NCBI GenBank assembly: GCA_964545335.1
Contig: CAZJFQ010000005.1
Span: 1-63,860 of the forward strand
Reading direction: 5' to 3'
Source of the DNA: an uncultured Gammaproteobacteria bacterium
GTDB taxonomy: Bacteria > Pseudomonadota > Gammaproteobacteria > Steroidobacterales > CAZJFQ01
Length of the DNA: 63,860 bases
The position numbers and the translations under genes are program-made. The notes beneath the pieces were generated by a model. The model was given only the letters and a program-made list of their open reading frames with translations. It did no database searches and had not been told where the DNA came from. Below, one piece after another: positions 11,277 to 21,388 of the stretch. How positions within the stretch are numbered: position 1 is the stretch's first letter; the number at the start of each line of letters is the position of its first letter.

Positions 11277-12257
11277 ATGATTCAGTTTGATGAATCGCGG
11301 ATCAAGACGCTGGGTCGACGTGTTCTCGATACAGAGGCCCGGGCTGTCAGTGAACTCGGTCCACGAATCGGAGCTGAGTTTGTCCAAGCGGTTGAGATCT
11401 GTCTCGCCTGCAAGGGCCGTGTTGTCGTAACCGGCATGGGCAAGTCGGGCCACATCGGCGGAAAAATAGCGGCGACGTTCGCCAGCACCGGAACCCCAGC
11501 CTTTTTTGTACATGCCGGTGAGGCAAGCCACGGCGACATGGGCATGATAACCGGGCAGGACATTGTTCTCGCCATGTCGAACTCAGGCGAAACTGCGGAA
11601 ATCGGGATTCTGTTGCCCGTCATCAAACGGCTTGGTGTCCCGCTTATTTCTCTTACCGGCAATCCATCATCGACGCTAGCCAAAGCTGCTACAGTCAACC
11701 TTGACATAAGCGTCAGTGAAGAAGCCTGCCCGCTCAATCTTGCGCCGACTGCAAGTACAACGGCCGCGCTCGCGATGGGAGATGCACTGGCCATCGCATT
11801 GCTTGAGACCCGCGGCTTTACAGAAGAGGATTTTGCGCGATCACATCCTGGGGGCAGCCTCGGTCGCCGCCTGCTGTTGACCATCGCCGACGTGATGCGC
11901 ACCGGAGACAACGTCCCCCTCGTTCAGGCAGACACGTTGCTGAGGGATGCGCTTATTGAAATGAATGTAAAAGGCTTGGGGATGACAGCCGTGGTCGACA
12001 GCGACCAAAAGCTCGTCGGGATATTCACTGATGGCGATCTTCGGCGCGCGCTCGACGGAAGAGTAAACGTACACGATACGAAGATCAGCGAAATCATGAC
12101 CACCGATTGCAAGACGGTCAGCGCAGATATGCTTGCTGCAGAGGCTGTTCAGCATTTGGAACAGCACAAGATTACTCAGCTGCTCGTCGTAGATGGCAAC
12201 GATCGGATCACGGGTGCTCTTAATATTCATGATCTGTTTCGCGCGGGTGTCATGTGA
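11277..12257 (+). CDS. kdsD: Arabinose-5-phosphate isomerase (SIS domain plus two CBS domains)
   Basis: TGMGKSGHIG, EASHGDMG, SNSGET, APTASTT, HPGGSLG. Confidence 0.96.
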   Translation: MIQFDESRIKTLGRRVLDTEARAVSELGPRIGAEFVQAVEICLACKGRVVVTGMGKSGHIGGKIAATFASTGTPAFFVHAGEASHGDMGMITGQDIVLAMSNSGETAEIGILLPVIKRLGVPLISLTGNPSSTLAKAATVNLDISVSEEACPLNLAPTASTTAALAMGDALAIALLETRGFTEEDFARSHPGGSLGRRLLLTIADVMRTGDNVPLVQADTLLRDALIEMNVKGLGMTAVVDSDQKLVGIFTDGDLRRALDGRVNVHDTKISEIMTTDCKTVSADMLAAEAVQHLEQHKITQLLVVDGNDRITGALNIHDLFRAGVM

Positions 12258-12766
12258 TGAGCGACCTCACGGACAAGGCTGCCGCCATTCGTTTGCTCGT
12301 CCTGGATGTCGATGGCGTGCTGACGGATGGTCGCCTGCATTTTCTGGCCGATGGCACCGAGGTCAAATCATTTCATGTGCGCGACGGTGCCGGGATAAAG
12401 GCACTACGTAAGGCGGGCGTCGAGGTCGCCATCATTTCAGGGCGAAAATCCGCCGCTGTTGACGCCAGAATGGCTGAACTGGGCGTTGGCAACGTAATTC
12501 AGAACTGTGACGACAAGGCTACTGCAGTACGAGAACTGATGACCAAACTTGGGGTCGAAAAGAAGGAGGTGGCCTGCGTGGCCGACGACACACCCGACCT
12601 GCCGATGTTTGAATTCGCTGAACTTGCCGTAAGCGTGGCCGATGCCCATACAGACGTAATTGCAAGAGCAACCTGGACGACCGACAATGTTGGTGGTCGT
12701 GGTGCAGTCAGGGAAGTTTGTGACCTGATTTTGCGTGCACGCCAACAGCCCGGCGAAATTCAATGA
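12254..12766 (+). CDS. kdsC: KDO 8-phosphate phosphatase (HAD family)
   Basis: LDVDGVLTDG, GGRGAVREVCD; operon context. Confidence 0.94.
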   Translation: MMSDLTDKAAAIRLLVLDVDGVLTDGRLHFLADGTEVKSFHVRDGAGIKALRKAGVEVAIISGRKSAAVDARMAELGVGNVIQNCDDKATAVRELMTKLGVEKKEVACVADDTPDLPMFEFAELAVSVADAHTDVIARATWTTDNVGGRGAVREVCDLILRARQQPGEIQ

Positions 12767-13329
12767 ACTGGCGCATGCCTCTTTCCATGCTGCTTCTTGC
12801 TGCGGCAGTGGCGGCAAGCTGGTTGCTGGTACAACAACCGTTGCCTCAGGATTTAACACGCGCAGAAGGTCAGGAGTCCGAAAGTGAAACCGGGTACTAT
12901 GCGCTCCACGCTACCGTGATCGGTACCCAGAAAAACGGCGATAAACTTTATGAACTGAATGCACGAAAGATACTCCACTACCCTCACGACAACAGTGTCA
13001 CACTGCATGATGTTCACCTCCGCTATCATCCTGAGGGAAACGTTCCCTGGACGTTGCAGTCCGATTCGGGGCGACTGCCTGGCGGCACGGATGTAATTGA
13101 ACTGAGTGGCAATGTTCGTGTAGTAAGCCACCCGGACGACGAATCCGATCAGGTAGTAGTGTCGACAACACGCCTCGACATATTTCCTGAGGAAGATCTG
13201 GCGACAACCGAGGCAGCGGTGGATATCCGGATGGGCAGTCATACTCTTGCCGGAATCGGCATGAAAGCCTACTTGAAGGAGGAAAGGCTGGAGTTACTAT
13301 CAAATGTTTATGGCCGCTTTTCGCAGTAA
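12763..13329 (+). CDS. lptC: LPS export ABC transporter periplasmic protein LptC
   Basis: N-terminal TM helix followed by a beta-jellyroll-like sequence; lies between kdsC and lptA. Confidence 0.88.
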   Translation: MNWRMPLSMLLLAAAVAASWLLVQQPLPQDLTRAEGQESESETGYYALHATVIGTQKNGDKLYELNARKILHYPHDNSVTLHDVHLRYHPEGNVPWTLQSDSGRLPGGTDVIELSGNVRVVSHPDDESDQVVVSTTRLDIFPEEDLATTEAAVDIRMGSHTLAGIGMKAYLKEERLELLSNVYGRFSQ

Positions 13330-13957
13330 CCGGATTGCATTGCTGGCGTGCGCTTCGCTGGCTACAGTCCCGCTGTTGTCTGTCGCACAATCGGCGCTGT
13401 TCGATTCGAGCTTGCCGATTGCTGTCGATGCTGATACCTACGAGCTTGATCGCAAGAACCAGCTGGCTACGTTTTATGGCGTTCGGGTCACACAGGGCAA
13501 TCTGGCCATCAGCGCCGATCGCGCGGATACCGATTCACTTGAATTTACCGACACGAAGTGGATCTTTACCGGCAATGTGCTGATCAGCACCGAGGATACG
13601 CGAATCGACGCGGACGAGGCCCGACTCAGATTCATTAACTACGAGCTGGTATCTGCCATTGTCACCGGCAACCCTGCAACATTTGAACGGCAAACTGTGA
13701 TTGACGGTAAAACCACGATGACGAACGGGCGTGCCGGTGTCATCGATTTCGATGTTGCCAACAGTGTTCTCAAGCTCGAATCCGAGGCTTGGTTGCATGA
13801 TGGCGCAAACGAAATCTCGGGTAGTGTCCTGAGATACGAAATGCAGGCGGGGCGCATTATCGCTGACTCGGACGATGATGGAACGCAACGGGTGCACATA
13901 AAAATTGTACCGCCGGAAGAGAACGGAGACAGGGAAATTTCCGTCGAGCCCGAGTAA
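13304..13957 (+). CDS. lptA: LPS transport periplasmic protein LptA (start may be 13310)
   Basis: Signal peptide, FYGVRVTQG...GNV...GNPATF OstA-like pattern; upstream of lptB. Confidence 0.85.
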   Translation: MFMAAFRSNRIALLACASLATVPLLSVAQSALFDSSLPIAVDADTYELDRKNQLATFYGVRVTQGNLAISADRADTDSLEFTDTKWIFTGNVLISTEDTRIDADEARLRFINYELVSAIVTGNPATFERQTVIDGKTTMTNGRAGVIDFDVANSVLKLESEAWLHDGANEISGSVLRYEMQAGRIIADSDDDGTQRVHIKIVPPEENGDREISVEPE

Positions 13958-14682
13958 TGACTACCCTCCGCGCCCTGAATCTGGTCAAAAAGTTTAAATC
14001 CCGGGTTGTCGTCAACGACGTCTCGCTGGAAGTATCCAGCGGGGAAGTCGTGGGCCTGCTGGGACCAAACGGCGCCGGCAAGACGACTGCGTTTTACATG
14101 ATCGTCGGACTGATTCCGTGCGACAAAGGTCATATCATCCTCGATGACCTCGACATGACACGGCTTGCCATACACCGGCGAGCTCGAATGGGTGTCGGAT
14201 ACCTTCCACAGGAAGCCTCAATCTTTCGTCACCTGAGCGTCGGTCAGAACATTCTTGCCATTCTTCAGACTCGGTCAGAACTGGATCGATCAGCGCGCGA
14301 GAGAATCCTCGACGAGCTCCTCGAGGAACTGCATATCAGCCACATCCGTAACAATATGGGGATAAGTCTGTCCGGTGGTGAACGGCGCCGCGTCGAAATT
14401 GCACGGGCGCTGGCAGCAGAACCCGGATTTATCCTGCTTGATGAGCCGTTTGCGGGCGTCGACCCGATATCAGTCCTGGATATCCAACGCATTATTACGC
14501 ATCTTTCGGAGCGACAAATCGGAGTGCTAATCACAGACCATAATGTGCGCGAAGCGCTTAGCATTTGCAGCCGAGCCTATATCCTCAATGAAGGCGAAGT
14601 CATCGCAGCGGGCGCCCCGGATGAGATTCTGTCAAATCGACAGGTACGCGAGGTATACCTGGGCGAGGATTTTCGTCTATAA
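13957..14682 (+). CDS. lptB: LPS export ABC transporter ATP-binding protein
   Basis: [43 protein letters not shown]. Confidence 0.97.
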   Translation: MTTLRALNLVKKFKSRVVVNDVSLEVSSGEVVGLLGPNGAGKTTAFYMIVGLIPCDKGHIILDDLDMTRLAIHRRARMGVGYLPQEASIFRHLSVGQNILAILQTRSELDRSARERILDELLEELHISHIRNNMGISLSGGERRRVEIARALAAEPGFILLDEPFAGVDPISVLDIQRIITHLSERQIGVLITDHNVREALSICSRAYILNEGEVIAAGAPDEILSNRQVREVYLGEDFRL

Positions 14683-14769
14683 CTTAGACTTGGTTCCGGG
14701 CCGGCCCACGCCCCCCAGGTTAGGCTACATCACCCGGGCATGGTCCGGGAAACCTTGCCCGGATGCGTA

Positions 14770-16170
14770 ATGCTGAAACCTACACTGCAGCTCAATATCA
14801 GCCAGCAGCTGACGATGACACCTCAGCTGCAACAGGCCATACATCTGCTGCAATTGCCAATCCTCGAACTCCAGACGCAGATTCGCGAGGCCCTGGAATC
14901 CAACATCATGCTGGAGTCGGAAGATGAGAGCGAGGACAGCGGCAACGGCACCGACACGACCACGACGGCAGAAGTCGTGGCGGGCGATGAAACGTGGCTC
15001 AGGCCTGAAATGCCGGGGCCGTCATCAAGATCCGGTTCGTCGGAGCCGCCACCGAGCCCGGACATTGCCGACCGCAGCGGTGAAACCCTTAAGGAACACC
15101 TGCTTTGGCAACTCGGACTGGAGAATCTTACCGAAACGGAATATTGCGTCGGCGAAGCGATCGTGGATGCAATCAATGAAGACGGCTACATCGAAGAAGA
15201 TCTTGAGATACTTCGGCTGTCGTTGCAACCGGACTGTGTTGCGGATCCGGACGACATGGAACGGATGGTTGCTGTTATTCAGCGACTCGACCCGCCCGGT
15301 GTCGGCGCACGCTCGATCAGTGAATGCGTGATGATTCAACTGGGGCAATTGAGCCCGGAGACGCCAGCTCTGACACTTGCCATGAATCTGGCTCGGGATT
15401 GTCTGGACCTGGTCGCGGAGCATCAGTTCGCACAGCTGCGGCGGCGATTCAAGGTTACAGACGCTGGCCTCGAGGAGGCGCTGAGCCTCGTACGCGCGTG
15501 TCACCCGCGACCCGGCGCCGCAATGCCGTCCTCGGCGACAGAGTATGTCATTCCCGACGTATACTTACGGCGCCAGGACAACCGGTGGATCGTTGATATC
15601 AATACGGCGTATTCGCCCCGACTCCGGGTCAATCAGGCTTATGCCGGCCTCATCAGCCGCAACCACGATCACGCCGCGCTGCGATTGCAGCTGCAAGAGG
15701 CGCGCTGGTTGATTCGCAGCCTGGAAATCCGCAACGATACGCTGCTTAAAGTAGCGAAGTGTATCGTCGAACACCAGCGAGACTTTCTCGAACACGGTGA
15801 CGAAGCTATGCGTCCGATGGTCCTTCGGGATATCGCAGAAAAGGTAGAAATGCACGAATCGACTATTTCCCGTGTCACTGCCAACAAGTACATGCATACG
15901 CCGCGAGGCGTCTTCGAATTCAGACATTTCTTCTCCAGCCATTTGAAATCGACCGATGGTCAGGACAAATCATCCACCGCGATCCGAGCTAAAATTCGCA
16001 AGCTGATTGCGGACGAAAATCCAAAAAAACCGTTAAGTGATAATAAAATAGCGGAAATGCTCGCGGCAGATGGCGTGCAGGTCGCCAGGAGAACCGTTGC
16101 CAAATACCGAGAGGCACTCGGGATTCCGTCGTCCAGCGATCGCAAACGGCTGGCCAGGATACGATCGTAA
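14770..16170 (+). CDS. rpoN: RNA polymerase sigma-54 factor
   Basis: QQLTMTPQLQQAI region I, HESTISR, RpoN box ARRTVAKYRE. Confidence 0.97.
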   Translation: MLKPTLQLNISQQLTMTPQLQQAIHLLQLPILELQTQIREALESNIMLESEDESEDSGNGTDTTTTAEVVAGDETWLRPEMPGPSSRSGSSEPPPSPDIADRSGETLKEHLLWQLGLENLTETEYCVGEAIVDAINEDGYIEEDLEILRLSLQPDCVADPDDMERMVAVIQRLDPPGVGARSISECVMIQLGQLSPETPALTLAMNLARDCLDLVAEHQFAQLRRRFKVTDAGLEEALSLVRACHPRPGAAMPSSATEYVIPDVYLRRQDNRWIVDINTAYSPRLRVNQAYAGLISRNHDHAALRLQLQEARWLIRSLEIRNDTLLKVAKCIVEHQRDFLEHGDEAMRPMVLRDIAEKVEMHESTISRVTANKYMHTPRGVFEFRHFFSSHLKSTDGQDKSSTAIRAKIRKLIADENPKKPLSDNKIAEMLAADGVQVARRTVAKYREALGIPSSSDRKRLARIRS

Positions 16171-16244
16171 GGTGCCGACACCGAAACTGCAGATATTAAG
16201 AACCAGCAAGAAAAATACTAAAATAATAGACTCAGGAGATCCCA

Positions 16245-16562
16245 ATGCAGCTCAACCTGACTGGTCATCACATTGAAATTACCCCTGCACTTCGCGATTA
16301 CGTGGACAATAAACTAGAACGCCTGGAACGACATTTTGATCATGTTACGACTACGCACTGTGTGCTGACTGTGGAAAAACTTCGACACAAGGCAGAGGCT
16401 ACCGTTCACGTCAGCGGTGGCAGGATATATGCGGATGCCGTGGAGGAAGACATGTACGCTGCAATCGATTGCCTGATCGACAAACTCGATCGTCAAATCA
16501 AAAAACACAAAGAAAAACTAAGCGACCACCATGCGAGGGATGCGCAAAAGCACCAGTTCTGA
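16245..16562 (+). CDS. hpf: Ribosome hibernation promoting factor
   Basis: LTGHHIEITPALRDYV...DMYAAID...KLDRQIKKHKEK; GGAG RBS upstream. Confidence 0.96.
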   Translation: MQLNLTGHHIEITPALRDYVDNKLERLERHFDHVTTTHCVLTVEKLRHKAEATVHVSGGRIYADAVEEDMYAAIDCLIDKLDRQIKKHKEKLSDHHARDAQKHQF

Positions 16563-16596
16563 CGGCTCCGTCGGTGAGCCCGGGAGCCGCGCTTGC

Positions 16597-17076
16597 GTGG
16601 CCTTGCTGCATGAGTTACTGGAGCCCGGTCGGGTCATCTGTAATGCAAAGGCACGCAGCCGTAAGCATGCACTCGAGATATTGAGCAAGTTACTTTCCGA
16701 TGCCGACATGGATCTCTCGCAGGCCGAGATTTTCGAGGCTCTTGTTGCGCGTGAAAAACTGGGCAGCACGGGACTGCCCGACGGCGTAGCAATGCCACAT
16801 GGGCGGATCCGCGGTATCGGCGACACTATCGGTGCGTTTCTGAAGCTGGTACGGCCCATCGACCACGATACGCCCGATGGCCGCCAGGTTGACCTGATTC
16901 TTGGCCTGATCGTGCCCGCGAACTGCGCCGCCGATCAGGAGTCGGAAATCGCCACCCTGGTGTCGACGCTGGCCGACAGCCGATTCTGCGCTACGTTACG
17001 CGATACGAAAAGCAGCCGGGCACTCTATCAACTGCTGACCGCACATGTCGGTGCACAGGCCGATAATGACTCCTGA
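16597..17076 (+). CDS. ptsN: PTS IIA(Ntr)-like protein; GTG start inferred, track ORF starts at 16531
   Basis: REKLGSTGLPDGVAMPHGR with the phospho-accepting His; position between hpf and rapZ. Confidence 0.85.
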   Translation: MALLHELLEPGRVICNAKARSRKHALEILSKLLSDADMDLSQAEIFEALVAREKLGSTGLPDGVAMPHGRIRGIGDTIGAFLKLVRPIDHDTPDGRQVDLILGLIVPANCAADQESEIATLVSTLADSRFCATLRDTKSSRALYQLLTAHVGAQADNDS

Positions 17077-17998
17077 TTTGGCCCCAACCAATAACCACCC
17101 GGATCAACAAAACGTTTCTAACTGTGACACCCGCCGTCAGCGTCTGATCCTCATCAGTGGCCTGTCGGGTGCGGGCAAATCTGTAGCGCTGCACATGCTC
17201 GAGGATTTGGGCTATTACTGTACCGACAATATACCGGCAGGAATGTTGAGCGCGCTCGTCGAGCAAACTGTTGGCAGCGATGACCCCGCCTATCGGCGTA
17301 CCGCGGTCGGGATTGATGCACGGAACCGGGCACAGGATATTGAAACCGTTCCCGGTCTGCTGCAATCGCTGCAGTCATCAGGTCTGCCGTGTGAGCTGAT
17401 TTTCTTGCATGCAGCCAATGATATCCTCCTCAATCGTTACAGCGAAAGCCGGCGCAAGCATCCCTTGAGCAGTCGCGGCCTTAGTCTGAAAGAAGCCATC
17501 GCCGAGGAACGACGACTGCTCACTCCGATAACCGATATCGCCGACTTGATCATCGATACAAGTCACACCAGCGTGCATCAGCTGCGTGAGGCGGTGCGCA
17601 ATCGGATCGATCAGCGCAGTGAGCAGCGTCTGTCAATACTGTTCCAATCCTTTGCCTACCGGACTGGTGTGCCGGCCGACGCTGATCTTGTATTTGACGT
17701 TCGCTGCCTGCCGAATCCCTACTGGGAGCAATCACTGCGTCCTCAAACCGGGACCGACGATGACGTCATCGGGTTTCTCGATTCTCAGACAAACGTCACG
17801 CGGATGTTCAACGATATTGCAGGCTTTCTCGACAACTGGATCACCGACTATCGCGACACGAACCGGAGTTATCTTACAGTCGCGATCGGCTGTACCGGTG
17901 GACGCCACCGGTCCGTATATATGGTGGAAAAACTCGCCAGCCGGTTTCGTGACGAGCACCCTCACGTCCTGATCCGACACAACGAACTCGGTTCCTGA
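17045..17998 (+). CDS. rapZ: RNase adapter RapZ (true start probably somewhat later)
   Basis: ISGLSGAGKS Walker A, DVRCLPNP, GCTGGRHRSV. Confidence 0.94.
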   Translation: MSVHRPIMTPDLAPTNNHPDQQNVSNCDTRRQRLILISGLSGAGKSVALHMLEDLGYYCTDNIPAGMLSALVEQTVGSDDPAYRRTAVGIDARNRAQDIETVPGLLQSLQSSGLPCELIFLHAANDILLNRYSESRRKHPLSSRGLSLKEAIAEERRLLTPITDIADLIIDTSHTSVHQLREAVRNRIDQRSEQRLSILFQSFAYRTGVPADADLVFDVRCLPNPYWEQSLRPQTGTDDDVIGFLDSQTNVTRMFNDIAGFLDNWITDYRDTNRSYLTVAIGCTGGRHRSVYMVEKLASRFRDEHPHVLIRHNELGS

Positions 17999-18118
17999 AG
18001 TCATCCCCGACTGGCGGCGGTGTATCCGTATCACCGCAACGGTTCTGCGTTCGGCGGGATACAGCCGCATGCTAAACTCGCGCCGTCACACACCCTGACC
18101 AACAATATTCAATCTGAG

Positions 18119-19474
18119 ATGAGCGCGCTACTGACTGAAGAAAAAGAGACCCGCCTGCAAATGCTGCGCTCTGCTCTGGAAGGCGGGACGCTTAATCCTG
18201 TTCGACGCATGATCAATTCGCTGCACGCCGCCGAGATCGGGCATCTGCTGGAATCACTTCCGCCAGCTGAACGCGACATCGTGTGGGAGCTGGTTGATAC
18301 GAAGGACGAGGGTGAAGTGTTGGTCGAGGTCAACGATGAGGTTCGCAGTAATCTCATCGGTGGCATGGACGACCGTGAACTGGTGGCAGCACTTGACGGA
18401 CTGGACATGGACGATCTGGCCGACCTCTTTGCTGACTTGCCGGAAACCGTCAACCGCGAAGTCCTTCGATCGATGGACCAGAGGGACCGCGATCGCCTGC
18501 AGACCGTGCTGTCCTATTCGGAGGATACGGCCGGCGGGCTCATGAACCTGGATACTATTACTGTACGGCCGGACGTTAGTCTTGAAGTGGTATTACGCTA
18601 TCTGCGCCTGCGTGGCGAGATACCCGAAAGCACGGATTCGCTGTTTGTCGTCAATCGAAATGACGAGTATCTCGGACGCCTTTATCTGAATCAGCTGCTT
18701 ACCGAGGACCAGGAAAAAACCGTGGCGGAGGTCATGGAAACGGAGTCGCCGAGCATACCCGCAACGATGCCCTGTTCGGAGGTAGCCAGCCTGTTCGAAG
18801 ACTGGGATCTTGTCTCCGCCGCAGTGGTCACCGACGAAAAACATCTGCTCGGTCGTATTACCATCGATGACGTTGTTGACGTTATACGGGATGAAGCCGA
18901 TCACTCGATCATGAGCATGGCCGGTCTCGACGAAGAGGACGACATGTTTGCACCGGTAGTCACGAGTGCCCGGCGTCGGGCCGTCTGGTTGGGGGTAAAC
19001 CTGGCGACAGCGTTCATCGCCGCCTGGGTTATCGGCCTGTTTCAGGCAACGATCGAGAAAGTCGTGGTCCTGGCGGTTCTCATGCCAATCGTCGCCAGCA
19101 TGGGCGGAATTGCCGGCAGCCAGACATTGATCCTGGTAACGCGTGGTCTGGCGCTGGGACAGATTGCAGCGTCCAATGCGCGCTGGATCCTGTTCAAAGA
19201 GATCGCCGTGGGAATTCTCAATGGGTTGGGCTGGGCGGTGGTCGTCGCACTGGCCACGGTCTTGTGGTTCAAGACCTGGGACGTTGCTGCAGTCATCGCC
19301 GCGGCGATGGTCATAACCCTGTTCTTCGCTGCCATGTCCGGGGTGATCGTACCCCTGGTTCTCAAGCGGTTGCGCATAGATCCGGCACTGGCAGGCGGCG
19401 TCGTCCTGACCACGATCACCGACGTCGTTGGCTTCATGGCCTTGCTAGGCTTGGGGGCCCTTTATCTCGCCTGA
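18119..19474 (+). CDS. mgtE: Magnesium transporter MgtE
   Basis: EDTAGGLMN, CBS pair, GRITIDD, MPIVASMGGIAGSQ, DPALAGG...TTITD; start at Met34 of the track ORF. Confidence 0.95.
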   Translation: MSALLTEEKETRLQMLRSALEGGTLNPVRRMINSLHAAEIGHLLESLPPAERDIVWELVDTKDEGEVLVEVNDEVRSNLIGGMDDRELVAALDGLDMDDLADLFADLPETVNREVLRSMDQRDRDRLQTVLSYSEDTAGGLMNLDTITVRPDVSLEVVLRYLRLRGEIPESTDSLFVVNRNDEYLGRLYLNQLLTEDQEKTVAEVMETESPSIPATMPCSEVASLFEDWDLVSAAVVTDEKHLLGRITIDDVVDVIRDEADHSIMSMAGLDEEDDMFAPVVTSARRRAVWLGVNLATAFIAAWVIGLFQATIEKVVVLAVLMPIVASMGGIAGSQTLILVTRGLALGQIAASNARWILFKEIAVGILNGLGWAVVVALATVLWFKTWDVAAVIAAAMVITLFFAAMSGVIVPLVLKRLRIDPALAGGVVLTTITDVVGFMALLGLGALYLA

Positions 19475-20716
19475 GAGGTCAAGGCGGATTTCCGGCGGCG
19501 CATCGAGCAAATCCATCGGTTCACCGGCCAGAAACGGCACGAGGTGTGACCGCCTGACCATCGCGTCCTCGTAACCCAACCGGATCAGTTCGCGGGTGAA
19601 GCTCTGCTCAAACAGGAGAAAGCTCACCAGCCTGCTGCCCCCCTGGTCTGATGCCCCGAGACCTTTCAGCAGCAGACGTACAGCACGCGGCAGCGTGTGG
19701 GCATGCTTCCGGGCAATGCCACGAATATCCCTGCTCGGCACCATCACCAGGCATTCAATTCGCTTCAGAATCGACCCAGGACCAGTCAGCGCCCCGTCCC
19801 GTACCTCCTCCATGATCAGGTTGAGACGCGTCAAACGCTCCAGGTCGGCATAGACACCATCCATAAAAAGATTGTCGAGCATATATCCCGCGATGTCGCC
19901 GAAAGTCGGGCGCAAAGGATCCTCGACTGCTTCCGGCACCGAAATGTCTTCGTGCCGCGTGCCGATGAGCAGCAACCTTTCAGCGCCAAGGTGAATCGCA
20001 GCACTTAACGGTGCCGTCTGTCGCATTGCGCCATCGCCGAAGTATTCGTGATCGATTTTCGCGGGCGGAAAAATAAACGGTGCCGCGACGCTTGCCATCA
20101 GATGATCCACAGTTATTTCGGTACGGTGTCCTTCGCGACGGGCACGGGACCAGTTTTTCAGGTCGCGATGACCCTGGAAAAAAGTGATCGAGTGTGCCGA
20201 GGTATAACCTGCTGCCGTGATTGCCAATGCATCGAGACAGCCACTGGCTACAGCTGCCTCGATCCTGTCAAACCGGACTTTGCGTTTCAACAGTTCGCGC
20301 AATGGACGATTATCGAGCAGCGAGGGCGGAAACGAGACAAGCAGTCCGCCGCTTACCAGCGCAAAAACCCACCGCAGGCTGGCACCGAGCATCGTAAGCG
20401 GATCGGATTTGTAGACCTGGTGGACTCGAAAATTTCTCCAGACCCGTTCGAGTTCACCGACGCCGGCACGAAACCTCGGCGCGTTGGCGGCAAGAACAGC
20501 GGCATTGACTGCACCCGCTGAGGTTCCGCTCAAGATTGAAAACGGGTTGCCCACTTCCCGGGGAAGCATGTCTGAGATCGCCTTGAGAACACCGACCTGA
20601 TAGGCCGCGCGTGCACCGCCGCCCGGCAGTATCAGGCCTACGCGGTACGCCGGGCGTTGGGCGTGTCCTTTGCTTCGCGGCCACAACGAAGACAGAAACT
20701 TTTTCATAGCAGGCAT
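19445..20716 (-). CDS. Patatin-like phospholipase
   Basis: GGGARA glycine loop, GTSAG nucleophile elbow, DGA motif. Confidence 0.9.
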   Translation of the reverse strand: MPAMKKFLSSLWPRSKGHAQRPAYRVGLILPGGGARAAYQVGVLKAISDMLPREVGNPFSILSGTSAGAVNAAVLAANAPRFRAGVGELERVWRNFRVHQVYKSDPLTMLGASLRWVFALVSGGLLVSFPPSLLDNRPLRELLKRKVRFDRIEAAVASGCLDALAITAAGYTSAHSITFFQGHRDLKNWSRARREGHRTEITVDHLMASVAAPFIFPPAKIDHEYFGDGAMRQTAPLSAAIHLGAERLLLIGTRHEDISVPEAVEDPLRPTFGDIAGYMLDNLFMDGVYADLERLTRLNLIMEEVRDGALTGPGSILKRIECLVMVPSRDIRGIARKHAHTLPRAVRLLLKGLGASDQGGSRLVSFLLFEQSFTRELIRLGYEDAMVRRSHLVPFLAGEPMDLLDAPPEIRLDLSGEIKGPQA

Positions 20717-20824
20717 AGCGGATATTCCGTTCCGGGTGACCCCGGATCAGGGCCGGCCCATGTACAATACTAATATGTACCGGCCCGACAGCGAATTATC
20801 GGGCACACCGTTTCAGGCTGCGAG

Positions 20825-21388
20825 GTGATTTTGATGAAACAACTGGTATTGATCGGCCTGGGACTGGCGGTTGTGGTGTATTTCGTATTTTTCCGCAGCC
20901 CGGCCCTCGCGTCGCCGGCTGTTGGAGAACCCGCGCCGGATTTCAAACTCATGGATCAGAACGGCGACTGGCACAGCCTTTCAGACTACGAAGGGCAGTG
21001 GATCGCGCTGTACTTTTATCCCAAGGACGACACGCCGGGCTGCACAAAAGAGGCCTGCGCATTTCGTGACAATATTTTCGCGTTTCGCGATATCGGGGTC
21101 GAAATACTGGGCGTTAGTCTTGATGCCGTGGAATCGCACCAGGAGTTTGCCGAAAAATATCAGCTGCCGTTTTCTTTGCTAGCGGATACCGATGCCGCAG
21201 TTGCGACGGATTACGGCGTGCTGACCAAACGCGGTCCGGTGCAATATGCGAGCCGTCAGTCTTACCTCATCGACCCGCAGGGCCGTATCGCAAAACATTA
21301 CCCCAAGGTCGATCCGGAAACTCACAGCGCCGAAGTGCTCAAAGACCTCCAATCGCTGATGGCGGACAGCGATCAGCCGTCCGGCTGA
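20825..21388 (+). CDS. bcp: Peroxiredoxin, BCP/PrxQ family, with N-terminal signal or TM segment
   Basis: YFYPKDDTPGCTKEAC (peroxidatic and resolving Cys). Confidence 0.9.
   Translation: MILMKQLVLIGLGLAVVVYFVFFRSPALASPAVGEPAPDFKLMDQNGDWHSLSDYEGQWIALYFYPKDDTPGCTKEACAFRDNIFAFRDIGVEILGVSLDAVESHQEFAEKYQLPFSLLADTDAAVATDYGVLTKRGPVQYASRQSYLIDPQGRIAKHYPKVDPETHSAEVLKDLQSLMADSDQPSG

Noticed and set aside
14683-14769. Sigma-54 -24/-12 site upstream of rpoN
   Set aside because: GG and TTGC are present but not at the required spacing.
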